Below the pieces are notes generated by a model that searched no databases, was not told the DNA's origin, and saw only the letters and a list, made by a program, of their open reading frames with translations. DNA of 64,000 nucleotides from Ruditapes philippinarum (taxonomy: Eukaryota), in contig NW_026861937.1 in NCBI RefSeq assembly GCF_026571515.1, positions 1-64,000 of the forward strand, read 5' to 3'. How positions within the stretch are numbered: position 1 is the first letter of the stretch; each line of letters starts with the position of its first letter. This document shows positions 22,971-36,500 of the stretch, piece by piece. The translations under genes were made by a program, and so were the position numbers.

Positions 22971-25101
22971 ATGCGAGATACCAGATTACGCTCACAATTA
23001 CTTAAAAAATGTTTCAAGTGAGAGATGGGACTTGGTTTAACGAGAAGATAGTGATTTGAAAAGAAGAAGATCCCAGCTACTGAATGAAAATCACTAATGA
23101 CGGGTTAACTCATCAGGCTACCGGTTGAAGATAAATAAATTTTTTCAAACTTTGGTAGTCAAATAGAACGTATACCAACAACTCTTCGGATTACAGTCTT
23201 GACGCAGATAGTCTTATACTCTATAAACAAATTTAATGTGATACAAGACTGGAGTGAATGGGAATATGGTAAGCACAATTTGTTGATGATACAAGGATGA
23301 AAATGTCTCTCCAGGATATTGTTTTTTACAAAAGTTTAAGAGATGAGTGCAGCCACTTACCGCTCCTAGTTGAAACTTGATAAATACATACCCAGGGAAG
23401 GGAATGGGGAGAATAATTGTTAAAAAATACAAAGTTTTTAATGTTTTACCTAAATTAGTACAAATGGCCCTGCTCATTCTTTTCAGATGTTCCTGGAGTC
23501 GAGGATAATGATATCGTTCCTCCTTTTCCATGTTAATAAGGACATTCCAGTTAGGCATTGTTAATTCAAATAGAGAAGAGCGTTTGGCCTCCAATTGATA
23601 TATACATACTGCACAGCAACACCACGAATGTTTTCTGTTGGTGTTGGAAAAAACAGGGGAGTGTAAAGGGAAGCATTTGAATGGAGAATATCTTCATCAT
23701 TTGCCAGTGAGGATTTTAATGTTTTTAATCTTAAATAACCACAAATTAGAAATTTTATGGGTGTTTGATGAAAATGATTTTGAAAAAACATTTTTATAAC
23801 TCAAACATTTCCGACAGCATTTCAAGTTTCATGTGTAAAACGTTTTTGTTACATTGTATTTATATACAGATCTGGTGCAATAGGAAGGAAAATATCCTTT
23901 TTACTTGTCGTATCATTTTGTTTATCAACACTTTACAGTGTGGTTCAAATGAATATTGTCCTCATTTCTTCATAACACAGAACAACTTGATGAGCGGGAG
24001 ATTTTTCTCGGAAACGAAGTCCGTTGATACTTGAGACTCTTCGTTATGAATCGAAAGTAATGGGAGGGCATTACTCGAAATTGAATACGATCTCCTTGTG
24101 GTTTATTTCTTCAGTCAAGTTTAAGCGGCATTGAACTAATAGATGCACATTTTATACCAACTTTATGTGCTGGGAAGTTTTCTAATTGAACTAGCGCTTA
24201 ATATAAATTGTGAAATTTCAAAAAATATATCTTAGGTGAAATGAATAATTTATCACATAGACCTACGATACAAAAACTTTTAACATTGATGACACATCAC
24301 CAAAATGCAAATTTTACAAACATAGATAGAAAAGCTTACCGTTTGATAACACGATATTTATGTAGTACACTTGGATCTATTCTAGCATCTTCAAACATTT
24401 ACCAACTAGACTATTTAACATACAAGAAGGCACTTGAATTCATGTCATTAGGACTTGACTCCGATGCAGCATTTGGTAAACTGAAACTAGCATCTTTCTT
24501 CTATTGTACCGGAGATATTGAGAGGACTGAAATTATCCTGAAACATATTGAGGAGTGTTATGATCTAAGTGTTGTTGAACCAGTGTGTGGGTGTTACTCT
24601 TTTGAAAAAGCTCCAATAAGAGAAAGTTTCAACAGATTATGTTATGAATCAAATGAAGAATGCACACTGCTTAAATATATAACAGCATCATGTGTCTGTT
24701 TTATACGATGTGAAATAAACTGTTGTCCATTTGAACTTCAACATGAAATGTTTAGATCAACACAGGAAGACCTTGCTTACAGAAGTGAAGATGATACATG
24801 GATAAATATGGCTGTGGTAGATTATCTCCCTTACCTCTATTTCATGCAGTACAATACATATTCCCGTCTAGGAAGACAAGATGATAAACAGAGGGCTCTA
24901 TCAAATCTGGCCAGAACCATTGATGTTGAACCAAATCTCGGACATAAGGAAACAGCACTCAACCTTCTCGGACAGTGTATGGAACAAGAATATCGCAAGG
25001 ACGATGCTTTGAAATGCTTTCTGATGTCCTTAAAGATACGAAGTAGGCATAATGCTGCAAAGTTTCATATATTTAGATTGTTAGCGTCATTTAATAATTA
25101 G
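22971..25101 (+). pseudogene. cGLR copy 3: 5' half heavily frameshifted (pseudogene or low-quality assembly), 3' 286 codons intact, type-B tail
   Basis: Collinear homology to paralogs from the ATG at 22971. The fragments ISSFMCKT and EYCPHFFITQNNL are present, and ORF 24241-25101 is clean, ending MEQEYRKDDALKCFLMSLKIRSRHNAAKFHIFRLLASFNN. Confidence 0.85.
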
Positions 25102-26569
25102 AATTGTAGGTTATATGTATACCCCAGATAACAGCAGCGTGGGAATGGTTGTGACCAGTAAAAATGATCAGATTGACACAAAAAGATCTTCAGTACAGAA
25201 CGATTGAGCCTTTTGGATGTGCATGGACACTGTGAATTAGTTCTTTTATTTTATTTTCTGCAAAACAAGTTGTCTTTGAAGATACTACGAATATACCGGT
25301 ATAACAATAAACAGAGAAAACATTAGCCTTTAAATAGATATGGAGGACAGATGACAAAAGCACTGAACATTTGTGTACAATGTATATTATGCATTGTCAT
25401 TTTAATAGTCACAATGTTTGCCAAATTAGTTTCTGGTAAGAGTCACTTATTCTATAGTTTTAAACCATATTAGTTTAAATAATAACTAGCTATCAGTGTT
25501 TAATCATTGCAAACCCAGAATGCCTTATTAGTAGTGGGGTATTTTTCCAATGAACTGTCAATTCAAAGGTCCCAAAATGTAATTTTAAGTGTCATCGGTG
25601 TCATTTCAGATACGGTAACATTTTTATCTGTCTTACAAAATACGTATCCATCTAGATGAATAACAAAAAGTTATATTGTTTCCTTTTAAATTACTATGTG
25701 TAAATAAATAATATTAGATGAAGATGTTCACTTTATTAAGAATCGCACTGGCATGGTAACGGATTTCTTACAAAGAAGAAAGCAAAATTTTACATATAAT
25801 AGATGATAACTAATATTCTAAGCAACGGAAGATTTAGGACAAAAAAATGAAATAATTTGCTATAAGAAGTGCCAGGCCCAGGGAAACATGAAATTCAAAT
25901 AATGAATGTTAGTAACCAATTTATTGTCAGTATTTGTATTTGTTTCAGATGTTGACTATGGAATCATATAAAATTGCTAATATACTTTTATATTGTCTGT
26001 GTTTTACGAACAGTTCAATCTAATTTTTTCAGTAGTGACATTATTCAGCCTGTATGTTGACAGTATTTTTACTTTTTGTTATAATATAATTGTACATGCT
26101 TTTTTAAATTTATTTTATGTTTGATAGTACAATATTAGCACTTAAATTATCATGTATTTTAAATGTAAGGAACACAACTTGTACTGTTGTATAATGTTTT
26201 CATGTACTCAAGAGTTATCTGTTTAAGATTATCTGTGCGACTCTATAGTTAAGTAATTTGTCCGAATATGCTTTAGATTTTCATAATTTCATCATATATT
26301 TCTTTACGTGTCGGTGTAAGTAAACACTTAACAGTGTTGATATTTCAGATACATCATAAAACTGACAGTTACTTTTGCTCCAGTCAAATGTGGCCCGTTT
26401 TTTCGTTTTAATATTGTGTTATGCATATTTTCTGGTTCTCCAATAAATATAACACTTAAACTGCCTAATTTGTGTTTGTTTAATGGTTTTGCCTTGCTTT
26501 AAATATTGAACAGTTTATTTGAAACTTAATGAAATATCAACAGACTAGAGGTTGGCAATACACCACGGA

Positions 26570-26880
26570 TGTGCAGGGTAGCCTAACTCTATACTTGTAG
26601 CGGAGCTGACCTCTTTCAATTTCAGCTGGCTTCCCTTTGTTCTATCTGTTGGAAAAAATGATCACACTCATAAAAAAGGGTTTGGGCCTGGCCTTACGGG
26701 TCAAAGGCTGTTTAAAATTTTTGGGTTTCAGCGGGCACCGGGCTCCAACGGGGGCGAAGGGCTGTCACATTAGAGTTTTCAGCAGGCTGCGTGGCTCTGT
26801 TCTGGTGAAACAGGCTAATCACATCCGATAACAGCGAGCTGGCCTGGTTATATACTGATGACAAAGGTTGATCACTTCGA
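26570..26880 (+). repeat. 53-bp minisatellite array 2 (~6 degraded units)
   Basis: Follows the same CACCACGGATGTGCAG entry sequence; degenerate GCTGA..TTTC..TTTCAGC units. Confidence 0.7.
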
Positions 26881-27637
26881 CGGTAAGGGTTAGATAGCAT
26901 TTGAACTTAAACAGTGTAAAAGCCGTTGTAACGAAGAAATATGACCCGTGTTAAATAAAGGTTACCTTATTTCATAAAATACACAGGTACTAACTCGACT
27001 AGACTACCTTCGAAGAAAAATCCTTTCCCTGAGAAAGCTGTTGAGTATTCACCCAGTCAATCTCGAACTGACTTTTAACAGAGAAAGCTGCTGCTGTTGT
27101 CATAACATAAGTGTTGTGTTCTGTATGCATTTTATGTATGCATATGACAAATAAACAAGACTTTAGGCTCGAACTCATGATCTCTAGGTTGGGGATGTCA
27201 TAATACTTTGACCGGTATGTCATTATATTAAAACTAAGTAGTTTATATATTTATAAAAGGATAATGATCGGGTGTGTTAATTTCATGATGTTCTCTTTTC
27301 TTCTTACATACAAAGCAATGGTTGGGAAAGGTATTGAAAGGTTTGTCATCCTATATGTACAAACTTACTAGACGTCCACTTTCCCAGGCCCTCTGCAAAA
27401 ATATGTTTAATAACAGAGAAATGTTATATTTAAACTCTTCCTAGAAACCACCATTACAGTATGTAAACAACATATCATCATATTTGTTTCGTCTATAAAT
27501 TTTGTTTAAATGTGCATTGAATATAGTCTTTCAACCTTTGACCTTTTACTTCATGAGCATTTTGTGAAACAAATGGCTGTTTTCATTGAAAAACCTCCTG
27601 TTACAAGTTTAAACTGCTATGAAACTATGAAAAATGA

Positions 27638-27840
27638 CATTGATGTTGAGCCAAATCTTGGACATCTGGAAACAGCATTCAACCATTAAAGACAGTTCAT
27701 GGAAGAAAAAAATAAAAACAAAATGCTTTCAAGTATTATGCGCTTTCGCGTCAGATAAGAAAACGAAATAATTCGGCAAAACAAATTGATCAATCATTAG
27801 TATTCAATAATTTTGCAAGAGAAATATCTTTGTATCATCT
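27638..27840 (+). pseudogene. 3' remnant of an eighth cGLR gene (type-A tail plus copy 1/6-type 3' flank)
   Basis: ATTGATGTTGAGCCAAATCTTGGACAT (IDVEPNLGH)...CGAAATAATTCGGCAAAA...AAATTGATCAATCATTAGTATTCA. Downstream, 28670-29350 matches the copy-1 flank at 12200-12860. Confidence 0.8.
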
Positions 27841-28088
27841 TAAATGAAAGACGTTCTAAAGATATTCGTTTATCATTTTTGATCTGATCAATGGCCAGAA
27901 CCATTATTTAAACCCAATTTTGAATAAAGAAATGAATCTATTTACATTCTCAAAGAGTGTATTAAAGAAAATTCTTCGCTAGAGGCTCGCAATATATAAT
28001 TTCATTCAATTCGTTCAATAAATTATATATTGAAATTACACTAAATCAATATCCTCTAGTTATCGTCTGAGCAAAAAATTTTGTTGTA

Positions 28089-28528
28089 CAGTCGAACTTT
28101 GTTAGCTCGAATTCGGAGGACCTGTAATTTGTCCGATTAAACGTCAATTATTTTTTGACTTTTGCATATTTTTCTGATTTTACGGGTTATTTTCTTTAAT
28201 CGTTACTAAAGATTGGAAATAAACAATATTATCATAACAAACAAATCGGTTACACTACCTTTAATTTTATATCAATTTAACTGTCTTTATCACGATCACA
28301 AGGTGCTAAAACATGTCTCGCCGGGAACATGTTGACCCGCAACTTTTGTTGTCTTTTTTGTTCGACCGAAAAGGTGTGATGTTCATTATATTTCTACCGA
28401 AGGGACCAGACACCAGGTTCGAGAGTTAGATGGATTGGTGTTCAAGCGATCCGAGGTAGACTGGGCGATGAGTTCGAGCGAAGAGAGGTATTCGAGCGAT
28501 CCGAGTTAGAGCCACCGAAGTTAAACTG
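28089..28528. mobile_element. Tc1/pogo(Tigger)-type MITE (~440 bp), TA TSD
   Basis: TA-CAGTCGAACTTTGTTAGCTCGAA ... TTAGAGCCACCGAAGTTAAACTG-TA (17/23 TIR match), with repeated subterminal TTCGAGCGATCCGAG motifs. Confidence 0.7.
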
Positions 28529-30028
28529 TAGTGTAAAGGGACAAAATAAGTTGTATTTTAGTATTAAGGAATAATTTATAAAGCTGTCTCTCTTAAATTC
28601 ATTAAATAGTCAACAGCAACAAACTTTCTTCTTTTTTGGAGATGAAATGCTATAAATTAAAAGTATATTAATCTTCACGCACAAAACTGTGTTCAATAAA
28701 AATCTATTTTTGTTATTTAATCAAGAGGTGAACTATGTAGTTCAATTAGATATTTGAAAGAAACGATTCAATCATTCTATAATTCAAGTTTTAAGGCCTT
28801 TAAGTGCAAGTAATATAATAGCTAGTCCGATGTAATGATATTTCTTTTATAATGTTTGCACGCAACTATAAAGTAGACTTAAGATCCGCTTTTCTTTTAT
28901 TAAGATTTTTGTATGTAGTTATTATCAATAACATAGTTCTTTGGTCTCTAAGGTCTCTTTGGTGAATTACAAACAAATATGTTGTCAACAACGGTTTAAG
29001 TAAATACTTCAGGTCTTTCTTCATTTTAAATTCATTTATTTGACAGACTCAAATCATTATACAAAACGTCGATGCCAAAATATCAGACACTGAAGAATAC
29101 AGGTTTGATAGGTTTTAATCTGGTGGTGTCGGGGTATTGAAAAGTTGGCGAATACAAAAAACAATAATTCAATTGTAAAAATATATCACACTGAAAGTAA
29201 CGGAATTTTGCAGGAATAAAGTTATGTCTTTTAAATATTAGATGTAATATGTGATATCAGCGGTGAATATTTTGTGAAGATAAACAAAAGCAAGGTAGTT
29301 ATTTAATGCTATGTAAGTCATTTTAAATTTTCAAGCAACGAAATTCAAAATAAAATAAAAAAAATTATTTCAGGTGTAAATTGATATGTTTAGTTCCTTA
29401 GCATCTTTGAAAACTAAATTTTGCAGTTTTCAGGTGTTCATGAAGCATTATACTTTCTCGAAATAACAAATGTAGGTTTAAAATGGATTGGTCTTCAGGT
29501 ATTTCAAATATTGATCAAAACAACAAAAATTATCATTGGATATTATTATAAATATTTGTTTAAAAGTGATGATATAGTTCTCAGTGATTTAGTTTATATA
29601 ATGAATTTGACTATTTTGTTATAGAATAATTTAAATATTATATTACCAATAAAGTGTATATGCAGTTAAGTTGTTTATAATAAAAGCCTTAAAGAGTTGA
29701 CTTCCTTTTCAAATTGATAAGAATCATTCTTAAGTGAAATAATCCGGTTTCTTTAATCAAAGTTCGAAAGAAAATACATAAATAAGAAATAAAATACATG
29801 TCTATATGTTTAAGAAATCGTTTTGAAATCTCTATATATGTAAGCGTCCATTAATTTAAATTCCATCCTCTAAAAATAGTCACCATAGAGCAATTATTAA
29901 TTAATTATTAGTTTTAAAGTGTCTGTGTAAGATTCAATTTACAAGTAAGGTTTAATTTCACCAAAAATTAGTTCTTTGATGATTTACTATTTAGTACCAG
30001 TCAAACTGTCCAATTAAGGTGTGAAACA

Positions 30029-30054
30029 TTTGAAATTCCAACTTTCGTTTTCGT
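30029..30054 (+). promoter_or_regulatory. Composite NF-kB + IRF motif, copy 4 (kB half altered to TGAAATTCC)
   Basis: TTTGAAATTCCAACTTTCGTTTTCGT. Confidence 0.55.
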
Positions 30055-30325
30055 ATTGTACAATTTCAATGTAAGGTAAATATGTATATATAACTTTATT
30101 TCCCTTTTTTTTGAAATTATAAGCTTTTATAAATAGTTAAATCATTTATAAAGTTTACACTTTATTAATATATTGTTTAAATGTGTCACTTCCGTGTTTG
30201 ACAGGGCTTTATTTAAAAAAAATCAGTGTCGTTATTTATCGTAAAAAACTTATGTTCTAAAGTATTGTATTAAAAAATAAAAAAAAACTTGTTATGAACT
30301 TAATAATTTTCTGTTGGATTATAGA

Positions 30326-32422
30326 ATGTCGAGGGTACCAGATTACGCTCACAATTTATCACTTAAAATGTCTCAAGTGATGGATAGGATTTGTGTTAGC
30401 GAGAAGATAGTGATGAAAAGAAGAATATCAGGGCTACTGCGTGAATCACTATTTGCGTTTAATCATAAGCTACGCGATAAAGATTTGAATGTATTCTTGT
30501 TCGGTAGTCAAATAGAAGGAACAACAACTCCAGGATTACAGCCGGACGTAGATTGTATTATATCTATAAAGAATTATAATGTGATACAGGACTTGAGTGC
30601 ATGGCAAAATGGTAAAGTTAATTTGTTGATGATACAAAATGAGAATGTCTCACCAGGATATTGTTTGTTACAAGCGTTAAGAGGTGATGCGCCTCTACCA
30701 CAAGAAGTTGAAGTTGATGACAATTTCTATAGAGACAGAATGGGTAGACTATTGTTAAAAAATACAATGTTTGATGGTTTACATGACGCAGTAAGAAACG
30801 GCCCTGCTCATTCTTTTCAAGGTGTTCCTGGACTCGAAGATAGTGATTTCGTTGCTGCCTTGCCCTGTGATTTAAGACCAGTTCAAGCACAGCATTGGTT
30901 TAATCAGCATGGAGAAGAGCATTGGCCTACAAGTGGTATGATACAGTACTGCAGTAACACACGATGTTTTGTTGTAGGCGTTGGAAAAACAGGAATTGCA
31001 AATGAAAAGTTTGAATGGAGAATATCAACATCATTTGCAGAGAGATTTTTAATGTTTACTCTAAACATAACACAAATTAGATGTTATGTTTTGATGAAAA
31101 TGATTTTGAAAACATTCATAAAACAAAGATTTCCTAACAGCATTTCAAGTTTCATGTGTAAAACCGTTTTGTTACATTGTATTTCAGATACAAGATCTGA
31201 CGCATGGAAGGAAAATACCCTCTTTACTTGTCTATCATTTTGTTTATTAAGACTTTACGACTGTGTTCAAAATGAATACTGTCCTCATTTCTTCATCACA
31301 CAAAATAACTTGATGAGCGGGCGATTTACTCCAGAAACAAAGCCGTTAATACTTAAAAATCTTCGATATGTAATCGAAAATAATAGAAGGGCATTACTCG
31401 GAATTGAATGCGACTACTTTGGTTCATTTCTTCAGTCAAGTTTAAACGGTATTGAAATTTATATACCAACACATTATATGCCAACATTCATTGCTTGGGA
31501 TATACTAAAAAATTCAGCCCTTGCTATAAGCATAGAAGTCAAAGTTCTGTTACGTGACGTGAATAATTTATCACCAAGACTTGCAATGCAAAAACTTTTA
31601 AAATTTATTTCAAATCACTATTTTCAGAATTTCATATTCGAAAATAGAAAAGCTTACCGTTTGTTATCAAGATATTTATTTAGTACTCTTGGATCTATTC
31701 TAGCATCTTTAAACATCAACCAACAAGACAATTTAGCATTTAAGAAGGCGCTTTCATGCATGTCATTAGGACTTGACACCGATGTAGCATCTGGTAAACT
31801 GAAACTAGCATCAATGTTCTATTGTACCGGAGATAATGTGAGGACTGAACTTATCCTGAAAAATATCGAGGAGTGTTATGATCTAAGTGCTGTTGAACCA
31901 ATGTGTGGGTGTTACTTTTTCAAGTATGCCCAACCAAGAGAAAAATTCTACAGATTATGCTACGAGTCAATCAAAGAATGCGCACTACTTAAAGATATAA
32001 CAGCATCATGTGTCTGTTTTATAAAATGTGAAAGAAACTGTTGTCCATTAGAACTTCAACATGAAATGTTTAGATCAAAACAGGAAAACATTGCTTACAG
32101 AAATGAATATGAGTATTGGATGGACATGGCCGTTGTAGATTCTCTCCCTTACCTCTATTTCATGCAGTACAAGACATATTCCCGTCTAGGAAGACAAGAT
32201 GATAAACAGAAGGCTCTCTCTAACATTGCCAGAACCATTGATGTTGAACCAAATCTCGGACATAGGGAAACAGCACTTAATCTTCTAGGACAGTGTATGG
32301 AACAAGAGAATAATGTAGAAAATGCTTTCAAATGTTATGCGCGTTCCCATCAGATTAGAGGACGATATAATTGGGCAAAAATCCATATTTGTAAGCTGTT
32401 AAACAAATTGATCAATAACTAG
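30326..32422 (+). CDS. cGLR copy 4, 698 aa, type-A tail followed by a silent in-frame type-B module
   Basis: FGSQIEGTTTPGLQPDVD, DSDFV, EWRISTSFAER, SSFMCKT, CPHFFITQNNL. The ATG at 30326 follows a TATAG acceptor. Confidence 0.9.
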   Translation: MSRVPDYAHNLSLKMSQVMDRICVSEKIVMKRRISGLLRESLFAFNHKLRDKDLNVFLFGSQIEGTTTPGLQPDVDCIISIKNYNVIQDLSAWQNGKVNLLMIQNENVSPGYCLLQALRGDAPLPQEVEVDDNFYRDRMGRLLLKNTMFDGLHDAVRNGPAHSFQGVPGLEDSDFVAALPCDLRPVQAQHWFNQHGEEHWPTSGMIQYCSNTRCFVVGVGKTGIANEKFEWRISTSFAERFLMFTLNITQIRCYVLMKMILKTFIKQRFPNSISSFMCKTVLLHCISDTRSDAWKENTLFTCLSFCLLRLYDCVQNEYCPHFFITQNNLMSGRFTPETKPLILKNLRYVIENNRRALLGIECDYFGSFLQSSLNGIEIYIPTHYMPTFIAWDILKNSALAISIEVKVLLRDVNNLSPRLAMQKLLKFISNHYFQNFIFENRKAYRLLSRYLFSTLGSILASLNINQQDNLAFKKALSCMSLGLDTDVASGKLKLASMFYCTGDNVRTELILKNIEECYDLSAVEPMCGCYFFKYAQPREKFYRLCYESIKECALLKDITASCVCFIKCERNCCPLELQHEMFRSKQENIAYRNEYEYWMDMAVVDSLPYLYFMQYKTYSRLGRQDDKQKALSNIARTIDVEPNLGHRETALNLLGQCMEQENNVENAFKCYARSHQIRGRYNWAKIHICKLLNKLINN

Positions 32423-33719
32423 TTATAACTTATTTTGGAACAGGAATACCGCAAGGAAGATTCTTCGAAATGCTTTCTGATGTCCTTAAACATACGAAGT
32501 AGATATAATTCAGCAAAGTTTCATATCTTTAGACTGTTAGCATCCAATCATAAGTTATATGTTTAAGGGCATACACAGATTACTTACATTGCAACAGCGT
32601 AGGTATGGTTACGACAAACGTATCATAACCAAGCAAAATGCTTTGATTGCCACAAAAAGTCTTTACATACAGAAGGGAAGAAGCCTTTTGGATGAACATG
32701 GCCATTGTGAATTAGTTTATTTTATTTTCTGCAAAACAAGATATCGTGGGATATAATAGGAAATATAACAATAAACAGAGAAATAATAATCCCTTGAATA
32801 GATATCGAGGACATATGACAAAAACACTGAACATTCGTGTACAGTGCATATTATACATTGTCATTGTAATGAAGTAACAATGTTTGCAAAAGTATCTTAC
32901 ATCAGTCACTTATTCTATAGTTTGAACGTTATTAGTTTATATAGAAATTGGCCATCAGTGTTTTATGATTGCTATACCAGAGTTCTTTATTAATGGTGGG
33001 GTGTTTTGCCAATTAACTGTCAATTCAAACACAATGTTATTTCAAGTATGTCATCGTTGTTATATCAGATACGGTAACATTTTTATCCGAGTGAAAGTAT
33101 AATCTTGGTATTTGTGTCAGATGTTGAGTAATAAATCATATAAAATTGCTAATATACTCTTATGGTGTCTGTGTTTTACAAACAGTTCTATTTTTTCAGT
33201 AGTGACATTGTTAAATCAGTATTTTGACAGTACTTAAACATTTTATAACAATATAATGGTACATACTTTTTTCAACTTATTTTCTGTTTGATAGTTTGTC
33301 AGCAATTAAAATATCATGTATTTTAAATGTAAGGAACACAACTTGTATTGTTATATAATGTATTCACGTACTTCAGAGTTATCTGTTCAATGTTATGATT
33401 AAATATTTTGTCTGAATATGCTTTAGATCTTCATAATTTTATTATAAATTTCTTCACGTGTAGGTGAAAGTGAACACTTAACAGTGTTGATATTTCAGAT
33501 ACATCATAAAACTGAAGGTTACTTTTGCTCCGGTCAAAAGTGGCCCATTTTTTCATTTTAATATTATGTATGTTTATTTTTCTGGTTCTCAAATAAATAT
33601 AACACTTAAACTACTGAATTTGTGTTTGTTTAATGGATTTACCTTGCTTTAAATATTGAACAATTCATTTGAAACTAAATGAAATGCAAACATAATAGAG
33701 GTTGGTCATACACCAGGGA

Positions 33720-34478
33720 TGTGCAAGCTGACCTGGCTTTACATTCATGGCAAAAGCTGACCACTTTCGATTTCAGCAGACTGGTCAGGCTCTATACTTG
33801 TAGCAGACGCTGACTACTTTCGGTTTCAGCTGGGTTGCCTGGTTCTATACTTGTGGCAGAGGCTGATAACTTTCGGTTTCAGTAGGCCGGCCAAGCTCAA
33901 TACTTGTGGCAGAGATGGACCACTTTCGATTTCAGCAGGCTGGCTAGCCTCTATACTTGTGGTACAGGCTGACTACTTTCGGTTTCAGCTGGCTGACCTG
34001 GTTCTATACTTGTGGCAGAGGCTGATCATTTTCGGCTTCAACAGGCTGGCCAGGCTCTATACTTGTGGCAGAGGCTGACCTCATACGGTTTTAGCAGGCT
34101 GGTCAGGCGGTATACTTGTGGCGAAGGCTGACCTCTTTCGGTTTCAGCAGACTGGTCAGGCTCTTTAATTGTGGAAAAGGCTGACCACATTCTGTTTCAA
34201 CAGCTCTTTAATTGTGGAAAAGGCTGATCACTTTCGGTGTCAGCAGGCTGCCAGGCTCTATACTTGTGGCAGAGACTGACCACTTTAGGTTTCAGCAGGC
34301 TTGTCAGTCTCTTTAATTGTGGTAACGGCTGACCACTTTCGTTTCAGCAGGCTGGCCTGGTTCTATACTTGTGGCAAAGGCTGACTACTTTCGGTTTCAG
34401 CAGGCTAGCCTGCTTCTATACTTGTGGAAGAGGCAGACCACTTTCGGTTTCAGCAGGCTAGCCAAGCTCTTTACTTGG
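33720..34478 (+). repeat. 53-bp minisatellite array 3 (~14 units)
   Basis: Same consensus as array 1. Confidence 0.95.
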
Positions 34479-34789
34479 CAGATATCACACTAGTGTAAAA
34501 ACACTTTGACGTGACATATTTTGCGCTATATATAAACATAGCTTTAAAGCGCGCTAATGTTAGCGTAACACTATAGGCGCGTCATTGAAATATTGCTCAT
34601 TTTAACAGTTCACTGTTCTTATTTCATATATGTGATAATTAGAATATTTTATTTGTGTAGATTCAATACTAAATTTATTGAACTCGTTTGATAAAACAAT
34701 GTAATGCTCGCCAGATGCTCGCATAATATGATTTTATTCAACTTGTTCAATAAATTTAGTATTAAACTCCACTCATTTAATATCCTCTA

Positions 34790-36500
34790 TATACATGATA
34801 ATGTAAGTAACTGTTTATCTACTGAGGTGCCTGCTTGTGCATAAAAGCATTGGCACTATTCTTTATTTTCGATAAAATACTAGTAGATACCAAATACCAA
34901 GCCTTTTGCACATGCAGTATCAGTAAACAACTGTTTTTCTTTACTTGATAATGAAAAACTCTAACAACGACATTATACCCACATATGCAAATTACATACT
35001 CTTATATCCACATATGTAAATTACTGACTAGGTTTAATAAGAGATTATTTAAAAATGCAACATCTCTCACAATCTTCCAACACTAACATGCTCAAATCAC
35101 TTATCTCGCAAGACCATTTTAGAATTGACTAATTGACATAGTACTGACTATAAGAGATTTGTTAAATGAAATATAATTGTAATGTTTATTTGCAGAATGA
35201 AAAACCGAAGAGAAAATACACGCCCAAGAAGTTACAGAAAGCCGAGATAAAGAACAATACTGGATAATGTATCATACTATTTTATAGAAATATTTTTTTG
35301 AAAATAAACACTCAACTTTTGTGTCTTCATTTAGAGGAGTGTGTAGTTTTACCTATAATTTAATGCTTGTGTTATAGCAGCCTTAGTTCTCATTAAGCTA
35401 CAAAAACTGCTTAGAACATGTGTCAGAAGTACATTTAAAATTGACTATTATAGTCGTGCTCTATATTTTTGCCAAATCATTTAACTTGGCAACACTCGGG
35501 GTCATTCAGTCTCCATAGGATTATAAAGGATAAGACGTTAAAGACTGCAATGCCTAGAGCGTGTATGCTTGGCATGTTGCATTGTAAAGTAAATCTGTAT
35601 AAAAAGAAATTATATCATGCCCCTTGAGTTAAAATTGATCTTATCTACGGAGTCACACAGTATACAAGACTAGTATAGTAAAAATGACCCTAAAGATTCC
35701 TCAGAAACTGAATTGTCTAAAGGTCGGATATTTGGAATGTTGCATCATATTGTGGTATTTTACAAAAGTTATTGTCTAAATTGACCCCGCCCCGGGGGTC
35801 ACTTATTTTATATAGACTTGTTTAGTAAAATACATTCAAGACTCCTTTGGTAAAACAAAAATGAATTAACAAATTTTTCGTTTAAAGTACAACTCGAAGA
35901 GATAAAGCTCATGTAACTATTATAGGACAGAACATTTATGTTTTCAATGCCTAGATTAGATATTTGTGAGGAATCATTTGTAGTGGCAAATATGTACATA
36001 TTTTTTTTAATTATATTGCTTTAGTAAAAAATGACAACCCCAATATGACATAACTAAAAGTGTGGCTTTGTCTAGTGATGCAGCTCAGGTAAGCGATCCA
36101 CGGGGTCATCGTGGTCCTCTTGTTGTTACATAGAATCATCCGGAATTACAGCAGCTTAAATGAACTCTGCTGTGTTTTTTTTGCCATAAAATGAATCAAA
36201 ATATTGTAATTTGTGTGTAGGCTTTGGCAAAACACTTTATTCCAAAATTTCAGATAGTTCACTGCCTTTGTTTTCCAGAATATTCCTTTGTATTGTAAAA
36301 ACCATCCAAAATGTGTGTTTTTAAGTAAAGGTGAGTGTTATGTGCTTAGTAAGTAAACATTTACAAAATTAAATTGGTCAAGACCGGCGCAACACTTTAC
36401 AATTATTTTAAGTGTTTTACATTATTTTTTTACACTGTCGATTTACTAGATTAATTAAATTTACCAAATTTACCCACATACTGCAATTATACTGGACTCA
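34790..36500 (+). repeat. Segmental duplication of 45890-48200, including a truncated HINE-like element (~35480-36126)
   Basis: Collinear similarity (TACTGAGGTGCCTGCTTGTGCATAAAAGCATTGG; GCTCAGGTAAGCGAT...GGTCCTCTTGTT end). Confidence 0.8.

Noticed and set aside
26950-27225. Additional degenerate SINE-like fragments (also ~11100-11170, ~44050-44140, ~52660-52730)
   Set aside because: Only weak B-box-like similarity; boundaries cannot be supported by eye.
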